A DNA stretch of 32,000 nucleotides from Halomicrobium mukohataei DSM 12286 (lineage in GTDB: Archaea > Halobacteriota > Halobacteria > Halobacteriales > Haloarculaceae). Shown piece after piece: positions 8,430 through 16,808 of this stretch (the first letter of the stretch is position 1; every line of letters begins with the position of its first letter). The position numbers were made by a program, and so were the translations under genes. The notes under the pieces were generated by a model that was given only the letters and a program-made list of their open reading frames with translations, was not told the DNA's origin and made no database searches. Location of the stretch: NCBI RefSeq assembly GCF_000023965.1, contig NC_013202.1, forward strand, positions 1,890,001-1,922,000, in the 5' to 3' direction.

Positions 8430-9650
8430 ATGATGCCCTCCCCCAACTCCCTCGGTACGCGGTTCCGGCTGGCCGCGCTGGTCGCGCTGCTGGTCGCCTT
8501 CGACGCGGTCTTCGTCGTCGCCGTCTACTGGCTGGGTCATCTGGCCGCCGGCCTGTTCTCGTGGGCCATCACCTACGAGTCCGCCGGGCTGGTGGTCGAC
8601 GCGTTGCAGTTCCGGACGCTCCCGTCGCCGCTGGTCGTCGCCGTCGGGACCGCGGCGACGCTGGCGGGACAGTCGGTGTTTGGCTACCGGATGAGCGCCA
8701 ACACCGTCCCTGGCCAGCGACAGACGTTCCGGGACCTCTTCGCGCCGGTCGCCGATCCGGTCGAACCCGGACAGCCTTTCGGCGGCCTGCTGGCCGACCG
8801 CTCGCACGCGGTCTCTGCGGACGATGAGGACGAACGCGATCCACGCGTCGTGCCGACGTTCGACTACGGCGAGTACCGCGAGCGCGTCGCGGCCCGGCTC
8901 ACCGGGCTGGCACAGCTCTCGGACACACCGATTCCGGACGTGCGGGTCGTCGACAGCGAGACGCCGAACAGCTACGTCGCCGGGCGGCCCGGCGAGCAGA
9001 TCCTCGTCGTCACGACGGGGCTGCTTCGCACGCTGGACGACGAGGAACTCGACGCCGTCCTGGCTCACGAGCTCGCCCACATCAAGCACGGCGACGCGTT
9101 CGTGATGACGGCCGCTGGCTTCCTGCCGACGGTCACGGCCCGCGTCAACGGAGGGACGATCGAGTTCCTCCGCCGATCCGGACTCGGATACCTCCCCGGC
9201 GTCGAGCAACCCGAGGACAGTGACACCGTCGCGTTCGGCCAGTTCCACGTCGCGATGGTCGCGCTCTCGCCGATCGTCCTCGCGCTCTCCTCGGCGCTGT
9301 GGCTCGCGAGCACGGCCTGTTACCGATCGCTCTCGCGAGTGCGCGAGTTTCACGCCGACGCCGGGGCGGCCGCGATCAGAGGGTCGCCGGCCGCCCTCGT
9401 CGGCGCACTGGAGACGCTCGAGGACCTGCGTCCGTCCGAGGACCTGCGGACCGCCCAGACCGGCGTTCGCGAACTGTGCGTGTTGCCCGACGCGATCGAC
9501 GACGAGGACGGGATCGATGGCGACGATGCCATCGCCCGGACGCGGCGTCGGTGGCGCTCGGTGGCCGCTCGCGCGCTCCCCTCCTCGCATCCGCCGATCG
9601 AATCACGGGTCGCCGCGCTCCGAGAGCAGGAGCGCACGGGCCGCCGATAG
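8430..9650 (+). CDS. M48-family (HtpX-like) zinc metalloprotease, membrane-bound
   Basis: 406 aa with N-terminal TM segments and the HExxH site HELAHIKHGD. More TM helices follow, then EFHAD, as in HtpX/Ste24-type peptidases. Confidence 0.85.
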   Translation: MMPSPNSLGTRFRLAALVALLVAFDAVFVVAVYWLGHLAAGLFSWAITYESAGLVVDALQFRTLPSPLVVAVGTAATLAGQSVFGYRMSANTVPGQRQTFRDLFAPVADPVEPGQPFGGLLADRSHAVSADDEDERDPRVVPTFDYGEYRERVAARLTGLAQLSDTPIPDVRVVDSETPNSYVAGRPGEQILVVTTGLLRTLDDEELDAVLAHELAHIKHGDAFVMTAAGFLPTVTARVNGGTIEFLRRSGLGYLPGVEQPEDSDTVAFGQFHVAMVALSPIVLALSSALWLASTACYRSLSRVREFHADAGAAAIRGSPAALVGALETLEDLRPSEDLRTAQTGVRELCVLPDAIDDEDGIDGDDAIARTRRRWRSVAARALPSSHPPIESRVAALREQERTGRR

Positions 9651-9700
9651 CGGGACCGTGCGGGGCTCGTCTGTACTGACCACTGCCATGTGGTTAGCAG

Positions 9701-9742
9701 CCGGGCGACCGAGCGGTCCGAAGGACCCGGACGGTCGCCCGG
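9701..9742. terminator. GC-rich nested hairpin between convergent genes
   Basis: CCGGGCGACCG (9701-9711) pairs with CGGTCGCCCGG (9732-9742), a perfect 11 bp. An inner GGTCC-GAA-GGACC hairpin lies at 9715-9727. It sits between the stop codons at 9650 (+) and 9772 (-). Confidence 0.35.
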
Positions 9743-9771
9743 TCCGCTGAACCGAGCGGGCAAAAGGTGGT

Positions 9772-10602
9772 TTAGAAGAAAAAGAGGCGCTCGGCGGCGT
9801 CCTCGGTCAGCGGCGCACCGTACTCGGAGATCTCGACGGCCTCGGCGTGGTCGACGGCGGCACCGGCGTCCTCGCCGTAGCGGTCTTTCAGCTCGGCACG
9901 GAAGCGGTCGGCGACGTTGATCTCGGTGTTGGCGGCGAGGTGGTCGACTCCCTCCTCGGTGAGCCACTCGCGACGGGCGTCAGCGCCCTCGGGGACGTTC
10001 TCCAGCTCGCCGAAGGTGTAGGGGAGCCACTCGTACATCTGGGAGACGTGGCAGTCCATCGCGTCGATCTTCCGCTCTTCGACGTCGCTCACGTCGAGGA
10101 CCACGTCGGGCTCGAAGGGTTCGGGCTTCTGGAAGTGGTCGGCGACGTAGCCGATGACGGGGTTCGACTCCATGGGCTGGGTGCCGGGGACGATGTTGGG
10201 AACGATCAGCGAATACGCGGCGTCGCGCACCAGCTGTGCGGTGTAGCGGTGGTCGGGGTGGTAGTCGTTGGGCCGGGGTCCGAGCACCAGATCCGGGTCG
10301 ACCCGGCGGATGTAGCGGATGAGCTTCTTGCGGTTGGCGAGCGTCGGTTCGAGCAAGCCGTCGGCGATGTCGAACACGTCGTAGTCGATGCCAAGCGTCT
10401 CCGCGACGGCCTCGGTCTCGCGCTTGCGTCGCGCAGCGAGCTTCTTGCGGTTCATCTCGTGGTGGCCGGCACTCCCGTCGGTGACGGAGAGGAAGGTCAC
10501 GTCGTGGCCCGCCGCCGCGTACTTTGCCGCGATACCGCCGGCCTTGATCGAGCAGTCGTCCGGATGCGCACCGATCACGAGGAGGTGCTGTGTCTCGCTC
10601 AT
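9772..10602 (-). CDS. PIG-L/LmbE-family N-acetylglucosaminyl deacetylase
   Basis: 276 aa with LLVIGAHPDDC (AHPDD metal site), a later HPDH motif, and SVTDGSAG. Confidence 0.85.
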   Translation of the reverse strand: MSETQHLLVIGAHPDDCSIKAGGIAAKYAAAGHDVTFLSVTDGSAGHHEMNRKKLAARRKRETEAVAETLGIDYDVFDIADGLLEPTLANRKKLIRYIRRVDPDLVLGPRPNDYHPDHRYTAQLVRDAAYSLIVPNIVPGTQPMESNPVIGYVADHFQKPEPFEPDVVLDVSDVEERKIDAMDCHVSQMYEWLPYTFGELENVPEGADARREWLTEEGVDHLAANTEINVADRFRAELKDRYGEDAGAAVDHAEAVEISEYGAPLTEDAAERLFFF

Positions 10603-10661
10603 ACCCGTGTCTCGTCGGGGGTGAACGAAACGCTTTGGATATTTCCCGCTGAGAGAACCTG

Positions 10662-11765
10662 TCAGATGACCTGTTCGTAGATGTCCGCCAGTCGTTCCAC
10701 GGAGTGTTCGACGCTCGTCTCCCCGCGGCGGTCCAGACAGCGCTCTCGGAGTCGTTCGGACTCGTCGAGCGCCCGCTCGATCGCGTCGCCGAAGGCGTTA
10801 GTGTCGCCCTCGGGGTACTTGTAGCCGGTGACGCCGTCGTCGATCGTGCCACTCAGCGCACCGCTGTCGACCCCGACGACCGGCGTCCCACAGGCGTTTG
10901 CCTCCAGCGCGACCAGTCCCTGGGTCTCGACCGGGCTGGGGAACGCGAACACGTCGAGTGCGGCGTACAGCTCGGGAAGCTCCGCTCGGTCGAGGAACCC
11001 CAGGAAGTGGGCGTCGACGTCTGCCGCCTCGGCCGTCGCTTCGAGGTCCTCGCGAGCGGGTCCGTCGCCGCCGAAGACCAGCGTCACGTCCAGTCCCTCA
11101 GCGGCGGCGACGATGTCGTCGAGGCACTTCTCGTAGCCGTGGCGCCCGGTGTATCCCACCAGCGGGCCGTCCGGAAGACCGTGCCGCTCGCGAAACGCCG
11201 CCGTCTCCATCGGTGCGAAGAAGTCGGTGTCGACGCCGTTCGCGAGCACTTTCACCGGCGTCGAGACGCCGACGGTCTCCCGGAGGTGTCGAGCGGTCCG
11301 TTCGCTGGGCGTGATGACCACGTCGGCACCGTTCAGGAACCACCGCTCGTAGCGGGTCGCGCAGTTGCGAATCAGTCGTTCGATGGTGCCGTTGAGGGAG
11401 ACGTACTCGGCGTACTCGCCGGTCGGCGTGTGGTAAGACGCCACCAGCGGCGCGTCGTTGCTCCGGGCGAACCGCTTTGCGGCCAGCCCGAGACTGAACG
11501 GGGTGTGTGCGTGGACCACGTCGGCCGCCTCGACGGCCGTCGGGATCTGCGGTGCCGCGACGCGAAAGCCCTCGTAGAACGGGAACGGGAGGCTCGACAC
11601 CGGGTGTTCGCCGGCCGTCGCCTGGTGTTCGCTCCGGGGATAGATCACGTCCATCTCGCTGTCGCGGCGCGTCCACTGCTCTCGCCAGGTCTTGACAGTG
11701 TAGGTGACGCCGTTGACCGTCGGGAGGTATGTGTCGGTGAACGCAGCCACGCGCGGCAGTGCCAT
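10662..11765 (-). CDS. Glycosyltransferase family 4 (GT-B fold)
   Basis: Track ORF runs to 11786 (GTG); the ATG at 11765 gives MALPRVAAFTDTYLPTVNGV. C-terminal EX7E motif in FPSPVETQGLVALEANACGTPVV. Confidence 0.85.
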   Translation of the reverse strand: MALPRVAAFTDTYLPTVNGVTYTVKTWREQWTRRDSEMDVIYPRSEHQATAGEHPVSSLPFPFYEGFRVAAPQIPTAVEAADVVHAHTPFSLGLAAKRFARSNDAPLVASYHTPTGEYAEYVSLNGTIERLIRNCATRYERWFLNGADVVITPSERTARHLRETVGVSTPVKVLANGVDTDFFAPMETAAFRERHGLPDGPLVGYTGRHGYEKCLDDIVAAAEGLDVTLVFGGDGPAREDLEATAEAADVDAHFLGFLDRAELPELYAALDVFAFPSPVETQGLVALEANACGTPVVGVDSGALSGTIDDGVTGYKYPEGDTNAFGDAIERALDESERLRERCLDRRGETSVEHSVERLADIYEQVI

Positions 11766-11800
11766 CGGCGACGTTTGATCGACCACGCCTTAAACCGTTG

Positions 11801-12907
11801 CTATCTCTCGCCGACAGCCTCTGGCACGTCCCCGTCGAGGACCCGTTCGTAGATGTCCGTCAGCTGTTCGCCGACCCGGTCGAGTCCGTGTTCGCGAGCG
11901 GTCGCTTTCGCGTTCTCGCCCAGCCGTTCCCGGAGATCGGGATTCGCTTCCAGCCGTTCGAGCGCGTCGACGAACTCCCGCTCGGACGAGCAGATCAGGC
12001 AGTCGTGGCCGTCCTCGTAGTACTCCGAGAAGGCGGGGATGTCCGAAATCACACAGGCTTTCCCGCAGGCCATCGCTTCGAGCACGACGATGCCCTGGTT
12101 CTCGACCTTCGCGGGGAACATGAACACGTCGCCGGCCCCGTAGGCCCCGCGGATGTCGTCGACCCACCCCGAGAACGTGACGTTGTCCGGCGGATCACCG
12201 GTCCACTTGCGCACCGTCGCGGACGCGCTCGGTCCGGTCTCGTAGGTGCCAAACCAGGTGAAGTCGTAGTCGGTCCGCCGGGCGACCCTACAGAAGGTAG
12301 AGAGCCCCTTGCGCTCGAAGACGTTGCCGACGGCGAAGATCCCCATCCCCTCGATGCCGTAGCGCTCGCGGTACTCCTCGCGGAACTCCTCGTACCCCGT
12401 CAGCCGGTCGAGGTCGATCCCGTTCGTGATCGGCCGGATCGGCGCGTCGATCGGATACGACTGCAACACCCCTCTCGTGTACTCGCTGGGACACAGCACG
12501 AGGTCGGCCTGCGAGTAGAACCACTTGAGGTACCTCCCCAGGGCCGGGGCGACGACGTTGGCCCCGCGGAAACTGTCTCGGAAGTCCTCGCGAGTGACGT
12601 GTGCGTGGCAGATTACCGGCGTGTCGGTCCGCTGGGCGTGCTTGATGGTCGCGGCCGTTCCCGGGCCGATCATGTTGCAGTGGACGAGGTCCACGTCGGT
12701 GAACGCGCGCCCGCCGGTGAGCTTCGACCGGACGGCGTCGACCGGATGACCGCCCTCCCACGGCGAGGTGACGACCTCGACGTCTCTGTCGGCGAGCGCC
12801 GCTCGCTGGTGTTCGACCGACGTACCGATTCCGCTGCGGTCCAGCCAGCCCGCGACCTCCAGGTAGTTCAGCGTGCGCACAGGGATCTGTCCTCCAGTAT
12901 CCGACAA
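11801..12907 (-). CDS. Glycosyltransferase family 4 (GT-B fold)
   Basis: The track start at 12907 is TTG; GTG at 12880 (VRTLNYLEV) is an alternative. EX7E motif in FPAKVENQGIVVLEAMACGKACV. Confidence 0.85.
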   Translation of the reverse strand: MSDTGGQIPVRTLNYLEVAGWLDRSGIGTSVEHQRAALADRDVEVVTSPWEGGHPVDAVRSKLTGGRAFTDVDLVHCNMIGPGTAATIKHAQRTDTPVICHAHVTREDFRDSFRGANVVAPALGRYLKWFYSQADLVLCPSEYTRGVLQSYPIDAPIRPITNGIDLDRLTGYEEFREEYRERYGIEGMGIFAVGNVFERKGLSTFCRVARRTDYDFTWFGTYETGPSASATVRKWTGDPPDNVTFSGWVDDIRGAYGAGDVFMFPAKVENQGIVVLEAMACGKACVISDIPAFSEYYEDGHDCLICSSEREFVDALERLEANPDLRERLGENAKATAREHGLDRVGEQLTDIYERVLDGDVPEAVGER

Positions 12908-12963
12908 AAGTCTGTCGGTCCGATGCGAAACGTATTCCCGTCGTGTCGGCGGAGTTGCCGCCG

Positions 12964-13251
12964 ATGGCCGACGAGATCGAGATCGCTCGCGAGCGGATCC
13001 GACGACTCCACGACCTCGCTCGCGAGGCGGCCGGCGACGGCAACGACGAGCGTGCTCGGGAGTACGTCCGCCGCGCTCGCCGCGTCGCCGAGCGCAACCG
13101 TCTCGGACTCCCGCGGCGGTTCAAGCGTTTCACCTGTGACGCCTGCGACGCCTACCTCCGTCCGAGCGTCAACGCGCGGGTCCGCCTTCGTGACGGCCAC
13201 GTCGTCGTCACCTGCGACTGTGGGACTCAGGCGCGCTATCCCTACGAGTGA
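12964..13251 (+). CDS. rnp4: RNase P protein component 4 (Rpp21/Rpr2 family)
   Basis: Track ORF begins at GTG 12943; the ATG at 12964 gives MADEIEIARERIRRLHDLAREAA. Arg-rich helical N-terminus followed by a zinc ribbon (CDACDAYL ... VVTCDCG). Confidence 0.8.
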   Translation: MADEIEIARERIRRLHDLAREAAGDGNDERAREYVRRARRVAERNRLGLPRRFKRFTCDACDAYLRPSVNARVRLRDGHVVVTCDCGTQARYPYE

Positions 13252-13290
13252 CGGCCGACTGCCTGCGTTCCCGTTCCGCCTGTTGACCAA

Positions 13291-13300
13291 GTGTTTAAGT
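13291..13300 (+). promoter_or_regulatory. TATA-like box for the yhbY-like/mscS pair
   Basis: tgtttaagtc is centred about 29 nt upstream of the ATG at 13325, consistent with a leaderless transcript. Confidence 0.4.
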
Positions 13301-13324
13301 CCGCAACAGTAAAATCGGGACAGT

Positions 13325-13573
13325 ATGAGTGACAAGGACCGCCGACAGCGGATTCACGAACTCGACGCCACGCTCCGTGTCGGCAAGCAGGGTATCGATC
13401 CGGTCGCCGACGAACTCTCGAACCAGCTCGACGACCGCGACCTCGTGAAAGTGAAGTTCCTCCGGTCTGCGCTGGGCGGGACGACGACCGAGGACGAGGC
13501 CGACGAGCTCGCCGACCTCGCCGGTGGGACCGTCGTCCAGACGAGAGGTCACACCGCCGTGTTCGAACGATGA
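13325..13573 (+). CDS. YhbY/CRM-domain RNA-binding protein
   Basis: 82 aa (LDATLRVGKQGIDPVADELSNQLDDRDLVKVKF) in a CRS1/YhbY-like pattern. The stop overlaps the next ATG (ATGA at 13570-13573). Confidence 0.8.
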   Translation: MSDKDRRQRIHELDATLRVGKQGIDPVADELSNQLDDRDLVKVKFLRSALGGTTTEDEADELADLAGGTVVQTRGHTAVFER

Positions 13574-14478
13574 CGCAGGGGACGCCGGTCGTCGACGATG
13601 ACCCGACGCCACTGGCCCAGATTCTCGCCGACTTCGGGGTTCCCTACGCCGACTCGATCGGTCAGGCACTGACGTTCGTCGCCGTCTTCCTGGCGATCTA
13701 CCTGTTCGGCCGCGCCGTGATCCTCCCGGTGGTCAACCGCGCGCTCAAAGCTCGGGACCTCGACGCGCACGCCCGTAAGCCGCTGAAGAAGATCGTCAGT
13801 ATCGCCGTCGTCTTCGTCGGGATCTCGGTGGCGTTCGGGGCCGCACAGTTCGGCAGCTTCCTCCAGTCACTGGCGACGATCGCCGCCGCCGCGACGCTGG
13901 CGATCGGCTTCGCGATGCAGGACGTGCTCTCGAACTTCGTCGCCGGCATCTTCATCTTCACCGACAAACCGTTCCGCATCGGCGACTGGATCGAGTGGGA
14001 CGACCACGCCGGTGTCGTCGAAGACATCTCGTTGCGTGTCACCCGCGTCCGGACCTTCGACAACGAGCTGCTGACGGTGCCCAACTCTCAGCTGACCGAC
14101 GGCGTCATCAAGAACCCCGTCGCCAAGGAGCAACTCCGCCTGAAGTTCGTCTTCGGCATCGGCTACGACGACGACATCGACAGCGCAACTGAGATCATCC
14201 TCGACGAAGCCGACGAGCACGAGGGGATCCTCGCGGACCCCGAACCGTCGGTGCGCCTGATCGAACTGGGCGACTCCTCCGTGGGACTCCAGTCTCGCAT
14301 CTGGATCGCGAACCCCTCGCGGGCCGACTTCGTCAAGATCCGTGGCGAGTACGTCAAAGCCGTCAAACAACGCTTCGACGAGGCGGGTATCGACATCCCC
14401 TACCCGAACCGCACTATCGGCGGTGGTCTCGAACTGGCCAACGTCGACGGCCTCGTGGAACCGACCGACGACGACTGA
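13570..14478 (+). CDS. Mechanosensitive ion channel, MscS family
   Basis: 302 aa with three N-terminal TM helices and the MscS beta-domain signature (FRIGDWIEWDDHAGVVEDISLRVTRVRTFDNELLTVPNSQL). Confidence 0.9.
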   Translation: MTQGTPVVDDDPTPLAQILADFGVPYADSIGQALTFVAVFLAIYLFGRAVILPVVNRALKARDLDAHARKPLKKIVSIAVVFVGISVAFGAAQFGSFLQSLATIAAAATLAIGFAMQDVLSNFVAGIFIFTDKPFRIGDWIEWDDHAGVVEDISLRVTRVRTFDNELLTVPNSQLTDGVIKNPVAKEQLRLKFVFGIGYDDDIDSATEIILDEADEHEGILADPEPSVRLIELGDSSVGLQSRIWIANPSRADFVKIRGEYVKAVKQRFDEAGIDIPYPNRTIGGGLELANVDGLVEPTDDD

Positions 14479-14562
14479 CCACCGTTTCCATCCGTTCGTC
14501 TTCGCGGCCACTCGTCGTCGCAGTGACGAACGTTTTACCGTCAGCTTCCCGACGAACACACA

Positions 14563-14883
14563 GTGACAGCATTCGATCCAGAGAAGTTCGAACGGAAGTA
14601 CGAGCACTACTTCGAGGAGCTCGAAACAGCGTACTCGAACGCGTACCAGCAACTCCACGGGCAGGTCGACTCTGCGGTCCTCCGAACGATCGACCGACAG
14701 GTGCTCAGTGAGAGCGAACCGGTATACGACGGTGACGGAACGTTCCGCGTCACTCTGCCCGACGACGCGAAAGAGACGGCACGACCACTACCCGGCGACG
14801 AAGATACCTTCGATGCCGTCCTCGAGGAGTTCACCGACCGCATCGAGGACGAACTGCGCCGGCTATTCGAGTTCGACGAGTAA
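14563..14883 (+). CDS. Acidic hypothetical protein
   Basis: 106-aa ORF with GC-rich third positions and an acidic, halophile-like composition. No motif recognised. Confidence 0.65.
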   Translation: MTAFDPEKFERKYEHYFEELETAYSNAYQQLHGQVDSAVLRTIDRQVLSESEPVYDGDGTFRVTLPDDAKETARPLPGDEDTFDAVLEEFTDRIEDELRRLFEFDE

Positions 14884-14961
14884 GGCTACCGACGACTCTT
14901 TTGTGCAAGTGGTGCGCGCGGCGTGTCCGCTGTGGACAGGATAACAGCGTATGAATGAGAT

Positions 14962-15264
14962 GGACAGCGAGATTGCCCGGCGTTCGGGCGCAGGTAGTCC
15001 CGTTTGCCTCCTCCACCCCGCGATCCGACGAGCGACAGGTGTACGAGGGTCCGCTGCTCACTTCCGTGCCTGGCGGAGTGCCCTCGTCTAACCACAGGCG
15101 AACGCCCCTGCAGGCGCAGCCGTGTGGACCGCTGTCCCCGTTGGACGAGGCTTCGACGTTAGCTCACGGGGCCTGCGTCCGGCAGACCGGACGCCCCCGA
15201 GTTTGGTCCCCGCTCAAGACCGTAGTGCGGGCGAGGAGGGGGGCCTAACCCCTCGACCTAGTCC
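14962..15264 (-). ncRNA. Signal recognition particle RNA (archaeal 7S RNA); ends approximate
   Basis: The minus strand reads CCAGGCACGGAAGUGAGCAGCGG (plus 15051-15075), matching the conserved helix-8 GGAA tetraloop/AGCA motif. The loop lies about 200 nt from the predicted 5' end. 5' hairpins are GAGGGG-UUAGGCC-CCCCUC. A TATA-like box lies about 26 nt upstream. Only shadow ORFs occur here. Confidence 0.75.
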
Positions 15265-15285
15265 ACTCTGAAATCCGCCGCCACA

Positions 15286-15294
15286 ACTTAAGGA
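15286..15294 (-). promoter_or_regulatory. TATA-like box for the SRP RNA
   Basis: Minus-strand CCTTAAGTT is centred about 26 nt upstream of the predicted 5' G at about 15264. Confidence 0.45.
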
Positions 15295-15341
15295 CCTTTC
15301 GGAAAGACGGGACAGCGTGGTGGTCGTCGCCACGCGGCCGG

Positions 15342-15755
15342 CTAGATGAGCCGCTGGGCGCGTGCGTACCACGCTGCGGCGGCGGGCACACAGAGCGCGG
15401 TGACCACGAGCGCCCCGCGGTGATACCCCAGCACGTCTGCCGTCGTGAGCTGTGTCACCATGCTCTGGGGGACCGTAATGGCCCAGACCGCGGCCAGGAC
15501 CGTCATGAACAGGCCCAGGACCAGCGTCGCCCCGGCGACCAGATCGGGTGGCGACCGGCCCTGTCGCCCCGCGGCGAAGACGATGATCGCCACGCTCGCA
15601 AAGAGGCCGACGACGAGCGGACTGATCGCCCCGGCGGCGAAGTACGCGCCCACGGCGCTGCTCTGCTCGACGACCGCGTACGGTGCCGCGAGGACCGCGA
15701 GGACGGCCAGCGATGCGACGATGCCGACGGTCGGTGCGAGCCGCAACTGCTCCAT
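15342..15755 (-). CDS. Integral membrane protein (about 4 TM helices)
   Basis: Track ORF 15342-15848. The ATG at 15755 gives MEQLRLAPTVGIVASLAVLAVLAAPY..., hydrophobic throughout. Confidence 0.6.
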   Translation of the reverse strand: MEQLRLAPTVGIVASLAVLAVLAAPYAVVEQSSAVGAYFAAGAISPLVVGLFASVAIIVFAAGRQGRSPPDLVAGATLVLGLFMTVLAAVWAITVPQSMVTQLTTADVLGYHRGALVVTALCVPAAAAWYARAQRLI

Positions 15756-15873
15756 ACTCGGAGGTGGATCTCCGCCGGTCTTATACTGTCGGTTCGTGGC
15801 GGGCGTGGCTTCTTTCCACACGTGGTGTTCGGGAGCCGAAAGGGCCACAAGGGTGACTCACGATAGCTCGGCC

Positions 15874-16209
15874 ATGGGACTCGGAAGCACGGCCAAGAAG
15901 GTCCAGAAGCTCGCGGATCTGGCCGAGAAGATGTACAAGCGGATCAACCACATGGTCGAGCAGCTTCAGGACCTTCGGGGGACGGTCGACGAGACGGGGG
16001 CACGCGTCGAGGAGATCGAACGGGAGCTCGAACAGCACCGCACGCTGCTGGAGGCGATCGCCGAGGAGCACGACATCGACGTCGACAGCGCCGTCACCGA
16101 CGCCGTCATTCAGGACGCCGAAGGGGCGGACCCGAGCGGCGACGCGGCATCGCCGGAGGACCCGGACACTGCCGGAACGCCGTCGGAGACCACCGAAGAC
16201 GCCGACTGA
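15874..16209 (+). CDS. Small coiled-coil protein with an acidic tail
   Basis: In-frame ATG at 15874 within track ORF 15445-16209 (MGLGSTAKKVQKLADLAEKMYKRINHMVEQLQDLRGTVDETGARVEEIERELE...). The upstream part of the track ORF is antisense to the membrane gene. Confidence 0.7.
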   Translation: MGLGSTAKKVQKLADLAEKMYKRINHMVEQLQDLRGTVDETGARVEEIERELEQHRTLLEAIAEEHDIDVDSAVTDAVIQDAEGADPSGDAASPEDPDTAGTPSETTEDAD

Positions 16210-16244
16210 CCGAGCGCCCGGCTGGGCCGTCGTGTCACTGACTC

Positions 16245-16325
16245 ATACGGTTTATTGTAGTTGCTTACCGGTGATCGTCGCCACGGAGTAGACGATCACC
16301 GGTAAATCGCTACAATAATCCGTAT
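16245..16325. repeat. Long imperfect inverted repeat (35-nt arms, 11-nt loop) between convergent genes
   Basis: Left arm 16245-16279 and right arm 16291-16325 pair at 30 of 35 positions. The inner 15 bp are perfect, then comes a 4-nt internal loop, then an outer 16 bp with 1 mismatch. It is A/T-rich relative to its surroundings and ends on the stop codon of the CoA-binding gene. Confidence 0.8.
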
Positions 16326-16732
16326 CACCGTAGCCGCTCGTGCTCGACTTTGAGACACCGATCCTGGACGACCCGTAGCCCCGCGTTCTCGGCTCGCTTC
16401 GCGGCGTCGTCGTCACGGATTCCCAACTGCGTCCACAGCACGCGCACGTCCTCGCGGTCGAGCGCCTCGTCGACGATACCGGCCACCTCCTCGCTCGGTC
16501 GGAACACGTCGACGATGTCGACCGTCGCCTCCACGTCGGACAGCGAATCGTACGCGCGTTCTCCGAGGATCTCGTCGGCGAAGGGATTGACTGGAACGAT
16601 ACGGTAGCCCTGTGATTGCAGATACGCCGGCACGTCGTGGGCCGCTTTCCCGCTCGTCGTCGAACAGCCGACGACGGCGATCGTGTCGTAGTCGAGGATC
16701 TCCCGGAGCGTGTCGTCAGAGTCGACGGGCAT
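16325..16732 (-). CDS. CoA-binding domain protein (YccU/YneT-like)
   Basis: ATG at 16732 within track ORF 16325-16975 (ILDYDTIAVVGCSTTSGKAAHDVPAYLQSQGYRIVPVNP), a CoA-binding Rossmann-like pattern. Confidence 0.85.
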   Translation of the reverse strand: MPVDSDDTLREILDYDTIAVVGCSTTSGKAAHDVPAYLQSQGYRIVPVNPFADEILGERAYDSLSDVEATVDIVDVFRPSEEVAGIVDEALDREDVRVLWTQLGIRDDDAAKRAENAGLRVVQDRCLKVEHERLR

Positions 16733-16808
16733 ACGGACATCTACCGACGGCGTCGACAAAAGCGTGCTGTCGATCCTGTCCTGTGCGCCCCCTCCAGCGG
16801 TGGTCGTC

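Noticed and set aside
8391-13312. Long ORFs 8391-9590(-), 9847-10680(+), 10704-11852(+) and 11759-13312(+)
   Set aside because: Each lies opposite a gene with clear family motifs (M48 HExxH, PIG-L AHPDD, GT4 EX7E). Their translations are Arg/Gly/Asp/Val-rich low complexity. They are shadow ORFs.
14955-15248. 97-aa plus-strand ORF and neighbouring small ORFs at 14831-15095
   Set aside because: They overlap the SRP RNA gene and show no coding-like features.
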